DNA of 63,459 nucleotides, from positions 1-63,459 of the forward strand of contig JALUTT010000027.1 in NCBI GenBank assembly GCA_027021705.1, given 5' to 3'. The notes beneath the pieces were generated by a model that did not search any database, was not told the origin of the DNA, and saw only the letters and a program-made list of their open reading frames with translations. Position 1 is the first letter of the stretch; the number at the start of each line of letters is the position of its first letter. The position numbers were made by a program, and so were the translations under genes. Source of the DNA: Anaerolineae bacterium. Its GTDB lineage: Bacteria; Chloroflexota; Anaerolineae; S140-20. Below are positions 48,640-59,606 of the stretch, piece by piece.

Positions 48640-51600
48640 ATGCGGCTCAAACACCTCACCCTGCAAGGCTACAAAACCTTCGCCACCCGAACCGAATTCG
48701 AGTTCCCCACGGGCATCACGGCCATCGTCGGCCCCAACGGCTCCGGCAAGAGCAACATCGCCGACGCGATCCGCTGGGCCCTGGGCGAGCAGAGCTACCG
48801 CACGCTGCGCGGCCGGCGCACCGAGGATATGATCTTCCACGGCAGCGACGCCCGCCCTCGGGCCGGCATGGCCGAGGTCCTCCTCACCCTGGACAACGAG
48901 GACGGCACCCTGCCCATCGAGTTCAGCGAGGTCACCATCGGCCGCCGGGCCTACCGGGACGGCAGCAACGAGTACCTCCTCAACGGGCAGCGGGTCCGGC
49001 TCCAGACCATCGTCGAGCTCCTGAGCAAGAGCGGCCTGGGCCGACGCACCTACACCGTCATCGGCCAAGGGTTGGTGGACACGGCCCTCTCCCTGCGCCC
49101 TGAAGAGCGTCGCACCATCTTCGAGGAAGCGGCCGGCATCACCCTCTACCGCCAGAAGCGGGAGGAGAGCCTGCGCCGGCTGGCGGAGACGGAGCGCAAC
49201 CTGGACCGCGTGCGCGACATCCTGGCCGAGATCACCCCCCGGCTCCAACGGCTGGCCCGCGAGGCGGAGCGGGCCAACCGCCACCAGGCCCTCTCCGCCC
49301 AACTGGACCAGCTCCTGCGCACCTGGTACGGCTACCGCTGGCATCAGGCCCAGAAAGCCCTCCGCCAGGCCCAACAAGGGGTCCGGGTCCTGGAGGAACA
49401 GTTGGTCCAGGCCCAGGAGGAGGTCCGGAGACAGGAGCAAGTTCTGGCAGCGGTGCAGGCCCAGCAACGCCTCCTACGCGAAGATCTCCGCCGCTGGCAC
49501 CAGGAAAGTGCCCGCCTCCACCGACAGGCCGAAGCCCATCAGCGCGACCTGGCCGTCCAGAACGAGCGGCTCCGCCTCCTCACCGCCCAGCGGGAGGAGC
49601 GGCTCAGCGAGCTAGCCCCCTTGCAGGCCCAACAGCAGGTCCAGCAACAGCAGATCGCCGAGGCCGAGGCCAGGCTGGAGGCGCTGGCCGAGGAGCTGAG
49701 CCGCCACCAGGAGGCCATCGAGGCAGCCCGGACCGCCTTGGCCCGGCGTCAACAAGAGCGTAACGCCCTCCTCACCGCCCGCACGACCGCCCAGGACCGG
49801 CTCCTCCGGCTACGCGCCCAGCAAGACGACCGTCGTCACCGCCGGGAGGAGGCCCTACAACGGCGTCAGGCCCTCCTGGCCCAGGCCGAGGCCGCCCGGG
49901 CGCACCTCCGCCAGCAGCAAGAGGCCCTGGCCCAGGCCCAAGCCCGCCTGGCCGAACAGGAAGCGGCTCACCAGACCCTCCTGACCCAACAGGAAGCCCT
50001 GGCTCAGCAGCAGGCCGCCCAGGAGGCCACGCTGGCCGCCCTCCAGGAGCGGATCGCCGACCTAGAGGAGAGGCTGGCCCGGCTGCGGGCCGACGAAGCG
50101 GCCCTCCAGGCCCGCCGGGAGGCACTGGAACGGCTGCGCCGGGAGATGGCCGGCTACGGCCCCGGCGTCCGGGCGCTCCTGGAGGCCGGCATCCCCGGCC
50201 TGCGCGGTCCCATCGCCACCCTCATCCGTCTCCCCACCCGCTGGGAGCGGGCCGTCGAGCAGGCCCTGCGGCCCGAACTGGAGACCCTCGTCGCCGCCGA
50301 CTGGGAAGCAGCCCGGCAGGCCCTGGCCCACCTGCAGGACCAACCCGTCGGCCCCGTCACCCTCTTCGTCCTGGAGGACGAGGCCGCCTCCGTCCCCGGC
50401 GGCCCTGAAGGAGGCCGGCGGGGCCATCAGCGGCTGACCGACCTCATCGAGAGCGACGATCTGCCCCGCTCGGCCCTGGAGGCCCTCTTCGGACGGATCC
50501 ACCTGGTCGCCAACCTGGAGGAGGCCCTGGCCCTCCGGCCTTGGCTCTTGCCCAACGACCGCTGCCTGATGCCCGACGGCACGCTGTTGCGGGGCGACGG
50601 CCTCCTCGTCGCCGGGCAGGTGAGGGGGACGACGGGGCTCCTAGCCCGAGAGCGGGAGTGGCGGGAGCTGCCCGACCGCCAGGCAGATCTCCAACGCCGT
50701 CGCCAGGCCCTGGAGCGGGAGTTGGCCGAGGAGCAGCAGCGCCGACGAGAGGCCCAGGAGGCCCTGACTCACCTGGCCCACCAACGTCGGGAGTTACGCC
50801 AGGTCCTGGCCGCCAGCGAGAAGGCCCTGACCGCCGCCCAGCGAGAGGCCGACCGGCTGGCCCGCGAGGTCGAGTGGCAGGAGGAGCGGCTGACTACAGT
50901 CCAGGCCGAGGCCGCCCACCTGGCCGACCAGGCGACCGCCCTGGAGCAGGAGGCCGCCCGGCTCGATGAGGAGATAGAGGCTGCCCAGGCCGAGGTGGAC
51001 CAGCTGGAGGAGGCTCTGGAAGCCCTCCCGCTGGACGAGCTGGCCCAGGCCCTGACCCAGGCCCAAACGGCGGCCGCCGTCGCCGAGCAGGCCTACCGGG
51101 GTCAACAAGCCGTCCTGCGCAGCCTGCGCAAGGCCCTAACCCGCACCCAGGAGCAGCTCGCCGCCCAGGAACGGCGGATCGCCCGGCTGGGGGAGGAGAT
51201 CGGAGCACTGCAGGAGCAGATCGTCCGTTCCCGAAGTCGCCAGACGGAACTGCGGGAGGCGCTGGAGTCGCTGAGCGGAAAGATCGGGCCGGCCGAGGCC
51301 CAACTGGCCGACCTGGAAGCCCAACAGGCCGAACTGGAGGCGGTCCTGCGCCGTCGGCGGACTCACCAGCACGAAACGGAGAGCCAACTGAGCAGCGCCC
51401 GGGTCGAACTGGCCCGACGCCAGGATGGGCTGAAGCGGCTCCGGACCCGCATTGAGGAGGAACTGGGGCTGGTGGAACTGCCTCCCCTGGAGGCGGAGAA
51501 CCAGCACACCATCCCCCTCCAGACCCCTCTGCCCATCCCCGCCATCGTCTCTCCCCTTCCCCGCGTGGAGTCGCTGCCCGAGGGGCTGGAGGAGGAGATC

Positions 51601-52269
51601 CGGCGGCTGAGGGTGCAGATCCGTCGGCTGGAGCCCGTCAACCCCAACGCCCCTCAGGAGCACGCCGACTTGCAGGCACGCCACGACTTCCTGACGGAGC
51701 AGTCGGCCGACCTGGAGAAGGCCGCCGGGGATCTGCGCCAGGTAATCGCCGAGCTGGACGGCGAGATGAAGAGCGCCTTCCGCCGCACCTTCCAGGCCGT
51801 GGCTCAGGAGTTCGAGACCACCTTCACCACCCTCTTCGGCGGCGGCAAGGCCCGCCTCACCCTCACCAACCCGGACGACCCCCTGACCAGCGGCGTGGAG
51901 ATCGTCGCCCGCCCGCCGGGCAAGCGCCAGCAGAGCCTGGCCCTCCTCTCCGGTGGGGAGCGGGCGCTGACCGCCGCCGCCCTGATCTTCGCCCTCCTCA
52001 AGGTCAGCCCCACCCCCTTTTGCGTCCTGGACGAGGTGGACGCCGCGCTGGACGAGGCCAACGTGGGCCGCTTCCGCCAGATGCTTCAGGAATTGGCCCA
52101 GACGACCCAGTTCATCATCATCACCCACAACCGGGGGACCATCGAGGCCGCCGACACCGTCTACGGGGTCTCGATGGGGCCGGACAGCGTCTCCCGAGTC
52201 CTCTCCCTACGGTTGGACGGGCGGGAAGCAGAACCTCGGAGACCCTACCAAGCCGTAACGGAGCCGTAA
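48640..52269 (+). CDS. smc: chromosome segregation protein SMC
   Basis: [16 protein letters not shown], coiled coils with hinge, [18 protein letters not shown]. Confidence 0.95.
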   Translation: MRLKHLTLQGYKTFATRTEFEFPTGITAIVGPNGSGKSNIADAIRWALGEQSYRTLRGRRTEDMIFHGSDARPRAGMAEVLLTLDNEDGTLPIEFSEVTIGRRAYRDGSNEYLLNGQRVRLQTIVELLSKSGLGRRTYTVIGQGLVDTALSLRPEERRTIFEEAAGITLYRQKREESLRRLAETERNLDRVRDILAEITPRLQRLAREAERANRHQALSAQLDQLLRTWYGYRWHQAQKALRQAQQGVRVLEEQLVQAQEEVRRQEQVLAAVQAQQRLLREDLRRWHQESARLHRQAEAHQRDLAVQNERLRLLTAQREERLSELAPLQAQQQVQQQQIAEAEARLEALAEELSRHQEAIEAARTALARRQQERNALLTARTTAQDRLLRLRAQQDDRRHRREEALQRRQALLAQAEAARAHLRQQQEALAQAQARLAEQEAAHQTLLTQQEALAQQQAAQEATLAALQERIADLEERLARLRADEAALQARREALERLRREMAGYGPGVRALLEAGIPGLRGPIATLIRLPTRWERAVEQALRPELETLVAADWEAARQALAHLQDQPVGPVTLFVLEDEAASVPGGPEGGRRGHQRLTDLIESDDLPRSALEALFGRIHLVANLEEALALRPWLLPNDRCLMPDGTLLRGDGLLVAGQVRGTTGLLAREREWRELPDRQADLQRRRQALERELAEEQQRRREAQEALTHLAHQRRELRQVLAASEKALTAAQREADRLAREVEWQEERLTTVQAEAAHLADQATALEQEAARLDEEIEAAQAEVDQLEEALEALPLDELAQALTQAQTAAAVAEQAYRGQQAVLRSLRKALTRTQEQLAAQERRIARLGEEIGALQEQIVRSRSRQTELREALESLSGKIGPAEAQLADLEAQQAELEAVLRRRRTHQHETESQLSSARVELARRQDGLKRLRTRIEEELGLVELPPLEAENQHTIPLQTPLPIPAIVSPLPRVESLPEGLEEEIRRLRVQIRRLEPVNPNAPQEHADLQARHDFLTEQSADLEKAAGDLRQVIAELDGEMKSAFRRTFQAVAQEFETTFTTLFGGGKARLTLTNPDDPLTSGVEIVARPPGKRQQSLALLSGGERALTAAALIFALLKVSPTPFCVLDEVDAALDEANVGRFRQMLQELAQTTQFIIITHNRGTIEAADTVYGVSMGPDSVSRVLSLRLDGREAEPRRPYQAVTEP

Positions 52270-52359
52270 CCAGCCTGTAATGCCCAGTCAGAGAGCCTCC
52301 TGCTAAGATGGGGCATGCAACACCGCTGGACTTTGGACAAGCGGAAGGGATGAACGCCT

Positions 52360-53931
52360 ATGGAACCAACACGTCTGCCGGTGCCCGATACCCCTGCGCC
52401 GGCCCGGGTGCTGGTCATTGACGACAGCGAGGAGAGCCGAGAGTTCCTGGCCGAATACATCCTTGCCCCCAACGGCTACGAACCCATCCTGGCCCGAGAT
52501 GGAGCCGAGGGGCTCCGCAAAGCCCTCACCGACGCCCCCGATGTCATCCTGCTGGACCTAGAAATGCCTCGAATGAACGGAATCGAGGTGCTAGAGGCAC
52601 TGCGCCAGCGGCAGATCGAGATCCCGGTCATCCTGATGACCGGCCACGGCTCCGAGGAGGCTGCCGTCGAAGTCTTCCGACTGGGCGTGCGCGACTACGT
52701 CATCAAGCCCTTCAAGCTGGAGGAGATGCTGACGGCTATCAAGCGGGCCTTGGTGGAAGCCCGCCTGCGCCAGGAGCGGGACGAACTGCTGAACCGGCTG
52801 ATGCAGGCCAACCAGCAACTGGAGCGCCGCCTGCAGGAGCTCAACACCCTCTACGGGATCGGCAAATCGGTCACCGCCCTGCTGGACCAAGAGAAGCTCC
52901 TGACCCGCATCGTGGACGCCGCCGTCTTCATCACCGGAGCCGACGAGGGGACGCTGATGCTGGCCGACCCGGTGACCGGCAAGCTAATCCACCAGGCGGT
53001 CCGGCGCAAGGCTGAGGAGATCCAACTCATCCCGGCCAAGCTGGAGAAGATGGCCATCCAGGTGATCGAGACGCGCCGTCCGGCAGCCACCCAGGCCACC
53101 CTCTACGTTCCCCTGTTGCTGGGAGGCCGAACCCTGGGGGCGCTGGGAGTCAACAATGTCAAGACCAGCCGTCCCTTCACCTCCCACGACCGTCGGCTCC
53201 TCCAGATGCTGGCCGACTACGCCGCCATCGCTCTGGAGAACGCTCGCCTCTTCCGCGAGTTGGAGGCTCAGAAAGAAGAGGAGAAGGCCCAGATCCGCCG
53301 CCTCTTCGAGCGCTACGTCGCCCCCGCCGTCGTGGAACGGATCATGGCCAACCCCGATGAGGTCAGCCTGGGGGGCGTCCGCCAAACCGTCACCATCCTC
53401 TTCGCCGACATCCGAGAGTTCACCACCATCAGCCACCGTCTCCCTCCCGAGGTCCTGGTGGACGTGCTCAACCGCCACATCTCCGTCGTAGCCAAAGCGA
53501 TCCTGCGGGAGGAAGGGACGCTGGACAAGTTTATGGGGGATGCGGTAATGGCCTTCTTCAACGCCCCCCTGCCCCAGCCCGACCACGCGCTACGGGCTGT
53601 GCGGGCCGCTGTAGCCCTCCAGAAGGCCCTGAATGCCCTCCACCAGCGGCTGCCGGAACCCTACCGCCTCCAGTTCGGTGTGGGCCTCAGCACCGGTGAG
53701 GCCGTCGTCGGCCACATCGGCACCCTCCAGCAGATGAACTACACCGTCATCGGCGATTGCGTGAACCTGGCCCAGCGGCTCCAGGCCAAGGCCAAGGGCG
53801 GCCAAGTCTTCCTGTGCCAGCGGACCTACGCCGCCGTTCGAGACCACGTCCGGGTCCAGCCGATGGGGCCAATGCCCATCAAGGGGTACAGTCAGCCAGA
53901 GCCGGTCTTTCAACTCCTGGGGTTGAAGTAA
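52360..53931 (+). CDS. REC-GAF-class III adenylate/guanylate cyclase
   Basis: VLVIDD...LLDLEMP; LFADIREFT, DKFMGDAVMA, YTVIGDCVNLAQRLQ. Confidence 0.92.
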   Translation: MEPTRLPVPDTPAPARVLVIDDSEESREFLAEYILAPNGYEPILARDGAEGLRKALTDAPDVILLDLEMPRMNGIEVLEALRQRQIEIPVILMTGHGSEEAAVEVFRLGVRDYVIKPFKLEEMLTAIKRALVEARLRQERDELLNRLMQANQQLERRLQELNTLYGIGKSVTALLDQEKLLTRIVDAAVFITGADEGTLMLADPVTGKLIHQAVRRKAEEIQLIPAKLEKMAIQVIETRRPAATQATLYVPLLLGGRTLGALGVNNVKTSRPFTSHDRRLLQMLADYAAIALENARLFRELEAQKEEEKAQIRRLFERYVAPAVVERIMANPDEVSLGGVRQTVTILFADIREFTTISHRLPPEVLVDVLNRHISVVAKAILREEGTLDKFMGDAVMAFFNAPLPQPDHALRAVRAAVALQKALNALHQRLPEPYRLQFGVGLSTGEAVVGHIGTLQQMNYTVIGDCVNLAQRLQAKAKGGQVFLCQRTYAAVRDHVRVQPMGPMPIKGYSQPEPVFQLLGLK

Positions 53932-54045
53932 CCTCTCCTGCCCTCCGCCCACGCTCTGTCCAGAAGAGAAAGCAGTAGCTCCACCGTCGGGCATAGGTTG
54001 CCCGGTCCTGACGGCAGTCGGCCTATTCCAACCACTCCCACGAGG

Positions 54046-54079
54046 AAAAGCCCGGCACCATCGGGAGTCGTGCCGGGCT
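54046..54079 (-). terminator. intrinsic terminator after the cytochrome c gene
   Basis: agcccggcac/gtgccgggct stem followed by TTTT on the minus strand. Confidence 0.65.
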
Positions 54080-54124
54080 CTGGGTGTTGGCTGTTGACCA
54101 GGAACGCTCGTCAGGGATCTCAAC

Positions 54125-54565
54125 TCACTTGAGAGTCAGCATAAAGGCCACCAGGTCGGCGATCTCCTGCTCGCTCAGGTCCTTGCCATAGTTCTGATAC
54201 ATCACCCCGGGTGGGAACCCCTTTGCGATGAAGGCGTCGGGGGTAACAATGGACTCGCGCAGGTACTCCTCGGCGCTCTTGCCCGAGACGGCGGTCTCGG
54301 CCCGACCGGCAACGCCGGCGAGGGACGGCCCCACCAGCGTCTTGCCGGGCTCCAGTGAGTGGCAGGTGATGCAGCCCGGAGCCGACTTGGACCCAATCAC
54401 CGCCTTGTTGAAGAGTTCCTTGCCCCGGTTGGCATCCCCCGTCACCGGGCCACCGCTCCCGGCCGGAGCCTTCTCTCCACCGCCACCACCGCCACCGCCA
54501 CAAGCGGCCAAAACTAGGCTGAGGATCACCAACAGCAACAGGGGAAACCGAAGTTTGGAAATCAT
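54125..54565 (-). CDS. monoheme cytochrome c lipoprotein
   Basis: Lipobox LAAC, Gly linker, CITCH, VGPSL, YLRESI..P, distal Met. Confidence 0.92.
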   Translation of the reverse strand: MISKLRFPLLLLVILSLVLAACGGGGGGGGEKAPAGSGGPVTGDANRGKELFNKAVIGSKSAPGCITCHSLEPGKTLVGPSLAGVAGRAETAVSGKSAEEYLRESIVTPDAFIAKGFPPGVMYQNYGKDLSEQEIADLVAFMLTLK

Positions 54566-54848
54566 CTGAAGCCTCCTTTGCCTATAGGTGAACAACCCGT
54601 TGCTCTCAGCGAGAAGCAGGACGCATTATAACATCCCGGAGGGCGATCTTCAAGTCTCTCAACCGTGGTGATAGCCCACACCTTGGGAGAGGCGCAGGTG
54701 GTGCTGACCAGGTGCCACCCATACCTCCTCGAACAGGGGTGCAATCCGTGTGGGAAAAGGGGCGGCCGCTCGAAAGGAGGAGAACACCTATCCCGACCAA
54801 CCTGTGGGGCTCCGGCGGAAATTGGGGCCGGTGAAGCCGAGCGATCCG

Positions 54849-55397
54849 CTATGGTTGACGCACTTCGACCTCCAGTGTCATCGTGCCGCTCTTCTCGAAC
54901 TCCAGGACCAGGGAGAAGCGGTCTCCGACCTCCAGGTCCTGTCGCAGGTTGATGAGCATAATGTGATAGCCACCTGGCTTGAAGACCACCTCTCCTTGGG
55001 CCGGCACTTCCACCCCTCCGGTGACCGGCTGCATCCGCACCACATCGCCCTCCATCTTCGTCTCGTGGATCTCCGCCGCCTCGGCAACGTCGGTCTGGAC
55101 ACCGACCAGGCGGTCGGCCTCACGCCCGGTGTTCACCAGCGTTATGTAGACGGCACCGGTGCCCTTCATCCCTGTGCCCATACCCATCCCCTCCTCGCCG
55201 GCACCGCCCGATTTGTCCATCTCCATCCCGCCGGCTCCACCGGTCGCCACCGCCGGCCGGGCCCAGACGTTCTCGGCACGAAGCTGAGGGCCGACCGGTG
55301 CCGACGATCCGCAGGCCACCATCCCCCCCATCAGCAATGCCAACAGGGTGATAACTATCCCCGTCCCGACAATGCGCCTTGTGTTCGCTGCGGCCAT
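54849..55397 (-). CDS. copper chaperone PCu(A)C lipoprotein
   Basis: WARP, AVY, EIHET...M...PGGYHIML. Confidence 0.92.
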   Translation of the reverse strand: MAAANTRRIVGTGIVITLLALLMGGMVACGSSAPVGPQLRAENVWARPAVATGGAGGMEMDKSGGAGEEGMGMGTGMKGTGAVYITLVNTGREADRLVGVQTDVAEAAEIHETKMEGDVVRMQPVTGGVEVPAQGEVVFKPGGYHIMLINLRQDLEVGDRFSLVLEFEKSGTMTLEVEVRQP

Positions 55398-55680
55398 AGC
55401 AGAACTCCTTTCCAAGACTTGCTTGAAGTGCCAAATAAGTCCGTCACACTGAGGGGAGCTATGGGGACATGCTGTTCAGGACTTTCTCGCGGATGTTGGT
55501 GAGAAATTCTCCTAATCGAGGCGACAGTGCAACCATCATCCCACCTCCTCCGGGTGAGTCCCGGCGCAGCCCCTATTGGGACAGATTATACTGTCAGGAA
55601 GGCGAGAAGGCAAATGGGCGGGGATCGCCCTAGGGCTTTTCAATGCACAAACGATCCCCAGACCCCGAGGGCTCCGGGAG

Positions 55681-55796
55681 ATTCCCCCTCCCGCAGGTCA
55701 CAAGATGCCCGGCGATGGCAACGGCTTACCGGCAGCGGCCTACAACGCGCTTTAGGCCGTGGGAAGAACCTGCGGGAGGGTAGGCTGAATAGATAC
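55681..55796. mobile_element. family B element with a different interior
   Basis: ccctcccgcaggt...acctgcgggagggtaggctgaatagatac; right end identical to that of 34950-35066. Confidence 0.75.
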
Positions 55797-55895
55797 ACCT
55801 TGGGAATCTCCAGGAAGCGCTTGACAAAAGCCCGATAAGGTGGTAGAAGGGGAAAAGGCCGTTGACCGGCCCCACGCCGATTCGTCAGGAGCCGC

Positions 55896-57128
55896 TTGAT
55901 GAACCCACCCCCTCCGCCAGGACGCAGCCCCAAGGGGTCCGCTATCCGTCGCCCACCCCGGAACCGAACGCAGCCCCGGCTCATCCTGTTGGTTCTCCTC
56001 GGCCTCCTGGGGCTCGCCCTCCCCGCCTGCAGCGAACTGGCGCGCACCCGCCCCGTGCTCAAGATCGGCCTGGTCGCCCCCTTCGAGGGTCATTACCGCT
56101 ACGTGGGCTACGATGCCATCTACGCGGCCCGGCTGGCGGTGCGAGAGGCCAACGCAGCGGGCGGCGTCGCCGGCTACACCGTCGAGTTGGTCGCCTACGA
56201 CGACGGCGGAGACCCGGCCACCGCCCGAAAGGTGGCCCAGGCCCTGGCCCTCGACGACGCGGTGGTGGCCGTCATCGGCCACTGGCTGGATGAGACGACG
56301 CTGGCCGCCGCGCCGGTCTACGCCGAAGCGGGGTTGCCCCTCCTCGCGCCCAGTTCCCACCCCCTCCTCCGGCCCACTTCCATCAATGCCCCCGAGGGAG
56401 GCCGCCGGCTGCGGCTGGCCCCGCCGGAAGAGGCACTGGCCACCCAGGCCACCCGCCTGCTGGCCGCGCAGTTCTCGGCCCGTCGGGTCCTGCTCTGGGT
56501 ACAGCCCCCCGACGACACCGCCCGGCTCCAGGTCTGGCAACAGGCTCTCACCGGCGCGGGGATCGAGGCCATGGTGCGCACCGACCTCCCCCCCACCGCC
56601 CCCCTCCCCCCGGCGGACGCCCTGATCTGCCTGTGCGATCCCCTGACCGGGGGGGAGTTCCTGCGGGCTGTGCGGGAGGCCGGCTTCACCGGCCCCGTCG
56701 TCGGCCTCGGCCTGTGGGCCGACCCGCCCCTGGAGGCCATCGCGGGCGAGCGCCAGGGCCCGATCGTCACCGTCGGCGGCCTGCCCGACCTCGTCGGCCT
56801 CTTCCTGGGGGACTTCCCCCAGCGCTACCGGGCTGTCGGCCCCCACGTCCCCCCGCCCGGTCCCCGCGCCGTGCTGACCTACGATGCAGTCCGGCTGGTG
56901 ATGCGGGCCATCGAGGACGACCACCGTTTCCACGGCCAAGCGACCCGCCGAGGCGTCGGCTTCAGCCTCTACACGACGGCTCTGGACGGCCTGACCGGTC
57001 ACCTGAGCTTCGACGAGAACGGCCAGTGGAGGAGCGCGCCGGTGGTGGTGGGGGAGAGGGGGGATGAAGGGATGAGGCAACGGGGGAGGAGAGGGGAGGC
57101 AACGGGGGGTGAGGGAATAAGGCGATGA
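55896..57128 (+). CDS. branched-chain amino acid ABC substrate-binding lipoprotein (LivJ-like); start uncertain
   Basis: LPAC lipobox, KIGLVAPFEG, EANAAGGV.G..VEL..YDD, YDAV, GLTGHLSFDENG; upstream TTGACA-17-TAGAAG at 55821. Confidence 0.85.
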   Translation: MMNPPPPPGRSPKGSAIRRPPRNRTQPRLILLVLLGLLGLALPACSELARTRPVLKIGLVAPFEGHYRYVGYDAIYAARLAVREANAAGGVAGYTVELVAYDDGGDPATARKVAQALALDDAVVAVIGHWLDETTLAAAPVYAEAGLPLLAPSSHPLLRPTSINAPEGGRRLRLAPPEEALATQATRLLAAQFSARRVLLWVQPPDDTARLQVWQQALTGAGIEAMVRTDLPPTAPLPPADALICLCDPLTGGEFLRAVREAGFTGPVVGLGLWADPPLEAIAGERQGPIVTVGGLPDLVGLFLGDFPQRYRAVGPHVPPPGPRAVLTYDAVRLVMRAIEDDHRFHGQATRRGVGFSLYTTALDGLTGHLSFDENGQWRSAPVVVGERGDEGMRQRGRRGEATGGEGIRR

Positions 57129-57221
57129 GGGGGGAGGGGAGAGATGATGAGGGATGAGGCAATGAGGCAACGGGGGAGAAGGAGGGAGGGGAGGAGGGAG
57201 GAGGCAATGAGGGAGGGGAAG
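57052..57221. repeat. purine-rich low-complexity tract (gatgaggc/gggggaga-like units)
   Basis: Directly visible; spans the end of the SBP gene and the intergenic region. Confidence 0.75.
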
Positions 57222-57731
57222 ATGAGCGAACCGCTTTTCTGCGTCAACCATCCCAACGTGGAGACCACCCTGCGCTGCAACCGGTGCGGCGATCCCATCT
57301 GCGTCCGGTGTGCCATCCGCACGCCCGTTGGCTACCGCTGTCCCCGGTGCGTGCGGGAGCAGCAGGCGGCCTTCTACACCGGCACCGCCTTCGACTACCC
57401 CATCGCCGCGCTCATCGCGCTGCCGTTGGCGGCCGCCGGCGCCTACTTCATCAGCTTTGTCGGCTTCTTCTTCGCCTTCTTCCTCAGCCCGGTGGCCGGG
57501 GCCATCGTCAGCGAGGCGGTCTGGTACGGCGTGCGCCGCCGCCGCACCCGCTACCTCTGGCTGGTGGTGGGCGTCAGCATCATCGTCGCTACCCTCCTGG
57601 TGGCCCTCTACCAGGCCGGCCTCTTCGCCGGATACCCGCTGGTCCTGGGCCGCCTCCTCCGCCTGGACCTGGGCATCTACGGGGTGATGGCCACAAGCAC
57701 CGCTGCGGCCCGCCTGCGCATCGGGCGGTGA
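57222..57731 (+). CDS. B-box-like zinc finger membrane protein
   Basis: CVNHP....LRCNRC..PICVRC....VGYRCPRC followed by TM segments. Confidence 0.82.
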   Translation: MSEPLFCVNHPNVETTLRCNRCGDPICVRCAIRTPVGYRCPRCVREQQAAFYTGTAFDYPIAALIALPLAAAGAYFISFVGFFFAFFLSPVAGAIVSEAVWYGVRRRRTRYLWLVVGVSIIVATLLVALYQAGLFAGYPLVLGRLLRLDLGIYGVMATSTAAARLRIGR

Positions 57732-57748
57732 AGCACCACCGGGGAGGA

Positions 57749-58588
57749 TCAGGGGCGTCGGGCGATCAAGAGAAGGTCCCCGCCTCCCTCCTCGGGCGCG
57801 GGGTCCTGCTCGTAGAGGGGACGCCAACGCCGAGCGAGCCAGGCCGGGAGCCAGCGCCGCAGGAGCCGTTGGTAGCCCAGGGGACGCAGTCGGGGCGAGG
57901 CCAGCAGCCGGAAAAGGGAGAAGCCCCCGTCGGTGCCGAAGAGCCGGTTGGCCCGGTCCCAGGTGGCCACCGCCTGGGGCGAGACGAGGTAGCGGACCTC
58001 CTCCAGGCGTAGGCCGGCCCCCTCCAGCATTTGCCGCCACACCTCTGGGGGATGGTAATGGTGGTGCCGGAAATGGGCGTTGACCCGGGCCAGGTAGCGG
58101 GCTGCGCCGGCCTCATCCCCCCGACGACGACGGCGCCGAACGCCCTCCAGCAGGTGGGGGAACCGGTCGCTGGGGACGACGAGGATCAGCCGGCCGCCGG
58201 GGCGGAGAAGCCGGGCCAGCTCCCGCACCACCGGTGCGGGGTCGGGGATGTGCTCCAGGACCGAGTTGCTGAGCACCGTGGCGAAGGCGGCCCCGGTGTA
58301 GGGGAGGCGGTGACCGTCGGCCACCTGGACCGACCGGTAGACGCCCAGCCGGCGGGCCGTCTGGAGCTGGTGGAAGAGGAGGTCGCAGCCGGCCGTCACC
58401 TCCCCGGCGGTGCCGAAGAGGCCGGCGGCGAAGAGGCCGTGTCCGCAGCCGAAGTCGAGCAGCGGCGGGGAGAAGGTCAGCCGGGCCAGCGCCCGGGCCT
58501 CGATGGCCCGCCAGAGGGCGGCCGGCGGCGCGAACCAGTAGACCTCCAGGTAGTGGCGCAGGTAGTCACGGGGTGGTAAATGCAGCAT
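57749..58588 (-). CDS. class I SAM-dependent methyltransferase
   Basis: LLDFGCGHG, ADGHRLPY, SNSVLEHIPD, LRPGG. Confidence 0.88.
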   Translation of the reverse strand: MLHLPPRDYLRHYLEVYWFAPPAALWRAIEARALARLTFSPPLLDFGCGHGLFAAGLFGTAGEVTAGCDLLFHQLQTARRLGVYRSVQVADGHRLPYTGAAFATVLSNSVLEHIPDPAPVVRELARLLRPGGRLILVVPSDRFPHLLEGVRRRRRRGDEAGAARYLARVNAHFRHHHYHPPEVWRQMLEGAGLRLEEVRYLVSPQAVATWDRANRLFGTDGGFSLFRLLASPRLRPLGYQRLLRRWLPAWLARRWRPLYEQDPAPEEGGGDLLLIARRP

Positions 58589-59295
58589 CACCCTTTCCGC
58601 TCGTTGAGCAGCGCCTGCACCCAAGCCAAGGTCCGGGCCGTGTCCGTGAACTGCACCGCTTTGATCCCCAGCGCCTGGGCGGCCCGCACGTTCTCCGGCA
58701 TATCGTCCACGAAGACCATCTCCTCCGGTCGCACCCCCAGCCGCCGGAGCGCGATCTGGTAGATGCGGGGATCGGGCTTGGCCACCCCCTCCTCGGCCGA
58801 GATGACCATCAGGTCCACCGCGTCGTCCAGCCCGAAGAGCTGCCCGAAGACGTAGCGGGCATTGGGCCATGCGTTGCTGAGGATGGCCGTCTTGTAGCGG
58901 GGGCGCAGGCTGCGCAGGAAGCGGACCAGCTCCTCGTCCAGGCGGTCGCCGGACCAGAAATCGCGCTGGAACCGGCGGATCTCGTCGGCATCCAGCCCGA
59001 AGGTGGTCGCCACGTGTTCCCAGACCGCCTCCTCGGGAGCCTTCCCCACCATCGCCCGGCGGGAGGCTTCCGACTCGAAGACCACCTTGTCCAGCGTCCC
59101 CGCCGGAAGGCCCAGCCGAGCTTCCCATCGCCGTCGCCCGCTGCGATCCTCCGTGCGCAGCAACACCCCCCCAAAGTCGAAGACCACCGCTCGAATCGGC
59201 CCGGTCGGTCGGGTGGTCGGGTGGTCGGATGGTCGGGTAGTCAGGTGGTCAAGTGGTTGGGTGGTCGGATGGTTGGATGGTCGTTCGTGTCCCAT
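58588..59295 (-). CDS. HAD family phosphatase; start uncertain
   Basis: VVFDFGGVL, ILSN, KPDPRIY, FVDD...NV. Confidence 0.88.
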   Translation of the reverse strand: MGHERPSNHPTTQPLDHLTTRPSDHPTTRPTGPIRAVVFDFGGVLLRTEDRSGRRRWEARLGLPAGTLDKVVFESEASRRAMVGKAPEEAVWEHVATTFGLDADEIRRFQRDFWSGDRLDEELVRFLRSLRPRYKTAILSNAWPNARYVFGQLFGLDDAVDLMVISAEEGVAKPDPRIYQIALRRLGVRPEEMVFVDDMPENVRAAQALGIKAVQFTDTARTLAWVQALLNERKG

Positions 59296-59394
59296 TCTCC
59301 GGTATCGCTCCTTACAATCTGCAGTTCGCAATTTGCAATTCGCACCAAAAACAAAAGCCCGCCTTCTTCCCACCAGGCGAGCCTTCCCACGCTG

Positions 59395-59467
59395 TGGCCC
59401 ATAGGGGATTCGAACCCCTGTTTCCGGCTTGAGAGGCCGGCGTCCTGGGCCTCTAGACGAATGGGCC
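59395..59467 (-). tRNA. tRNA-Glu (CUC)
   Basis: GGCCCAT/ATGGGCC acceptor, CT-CTC-AA loop, GGTTCGAATCC; CCA not encoded. Confidence 0.95.
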
Positions 59468-59479
59468 GTAAGCATTGGG

Positions 59480-59508
59480 ATTGTACCAAGGAAGGGGCGA
59501 ATTGTCAA
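59480..59508 (-). promoter_or_regulatory. tRNA-Glu promoter TTGACA-17-TACAAT
   Basis: Near-consensus boxes just upstream of the tRNA. Confidence 0.75.
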
Positions 59509-59606
59509 GCTTGTCATCCCGCTTCCCCTGTGTTAGAATCTAGGCACATCCCGGTCACCTAGCAGAAGGTCGTATCCCCCCTTGAACTGGTGAAGGAGGT
59601 CGAGGG

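Noticed and set aside
48640..52269. SMC-like defence system (Wadjet/Lamassu)
   Set aside because: Canonical full-length housekeeping SMC with hinge and no jet/lmu partner genes.
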